DNA from: Vicugna vicugna
Lineage: Eukaryota
DNA length: 20,000 nt
NCBI GenBank assembly: GCA_013265495.1
Contig: MU057398.1
Location: 800,779-820,778, forward strand
Reading direction: 5' to 3'
Numbering within the stretch: position 1 is the stretch's first letter; each line of letters opens with the position of its first letter. Shown here in pieces: positions 19,369-20,000 of this stretch. The notes beneath the pieces were generated by a model. That model saw nothing but the letters and a program-made list of their open reading frames with translations, was not told the DNA's origin and searched no databases. A program made the position numbers and the translations under genes.

Positions 19369-20000
19369 GATAAGGGCACTGCTCCTGACCGTGGGCTGAC
19401 AGTGGTGGGGAGCAAGAGGTATGGCCAGAGAGAAGGGGACCCTGAGGTAGACAGAGCTGCAGCAGGCAGAGGTGGGTGAAAAGGGGAGGAGGGGGTGGAT
19501 AGGGCTAGAGGTGCAGATAAGGGTGGTGGCCGAGGTATGCAGCCCACGTCCTCCTGGACTTCAAAATAAGGAAGGTGATACAGAGCAGAGTTCCTCTTCA
19601 GACTCAGACCTCCGAAGCAAATGGGATCGGGGACCAGAGTCCTCCAGCAATAACACGCCACCCTACAGACATACCGGCCCAGGTATGGCCATACTTGTCA
19701 CGGAAAACGGAGACAGGTACCTTCTACAGCCCTACTGGAGCATTAGGCCATGCTGGGCCATGCATAGGATAAGAAAAGGGATGGCCTGAAACTAAAGAAT
19801 CTTGAAATGATCCCTAGTGTTGTTCCCCATTTACTGAGAACAGCGGAGTTACAGAACATTCAAGCAGGAACCAAGGTGTGTAAAGTATACATGCCGAGAT
19901 GAAACATGCCCCCCACCTTACTGTATCCCTTATCACCATGATCATGCTGTCATTGGATTCCAGTTATGGGTCTAATGGCAACAGGGTGTGGATGCAGAGA

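Noticed and set aside
18930..19661. 243-aa minus-strand ORF and overlapping ORFs in the CpG-rich region
   Set aside because: No ATG start, low-complexity P/A/R/G composition, no recognisable domain, and ORFs open in several frames, as expected from stop-codon scarcity in GC-rich DNA.
1..20000. CRISPR array, prokaryotic operon or novel multi-gene system
   Set aside because: The sequence is mammalian intron-exon DNA with no regularly spaced repeats. The remaining ORF-track entries are intronic, antisense or repeat-derived.

Overview
Mammalian genomic DNA containing the 3' ten coding exons (probably exons 4-13 by human numbering) of the intron-containing transketolase-like 1 gene (TKTL1) on the + strand. 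The spliced CDS runs 329-16165 (1441 nt: one split codon, 479 residues and TAA) with all-GT-AG introns, consistent phases and no frameshift or internal stop. A 3' UTR follows, ending at a poly(A) signal near 16901. Introns and flank contain three tRNA-Ala-derived SINEs resembling camelid Vic-1 (so probably alpaca, llama or camel), L1, L2 and MIR relics and a MER102-like DNA transposon. About 2 kb past the poly(A) site is an orphan CpG-rich promoter-like element with three CCAAT boxes spaced 34-35 bp apart, a CRE/UPRE, GC boxes, a minus-strand TATA and a GC-skew flip. By synteny it lies where the TKTL1-side arm of the FLNA-EMD inverted repeat is expected. I see no new multi-gene system. The best leads are this promoter, unusual substitutions at conserved transketolase positions (RDG for GDG, AFHQ for AFDQ, DMSG for DMF/YG) and a recursive-splice-like junction. 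Repeat family names and human comparisons are from memory, not database searches.
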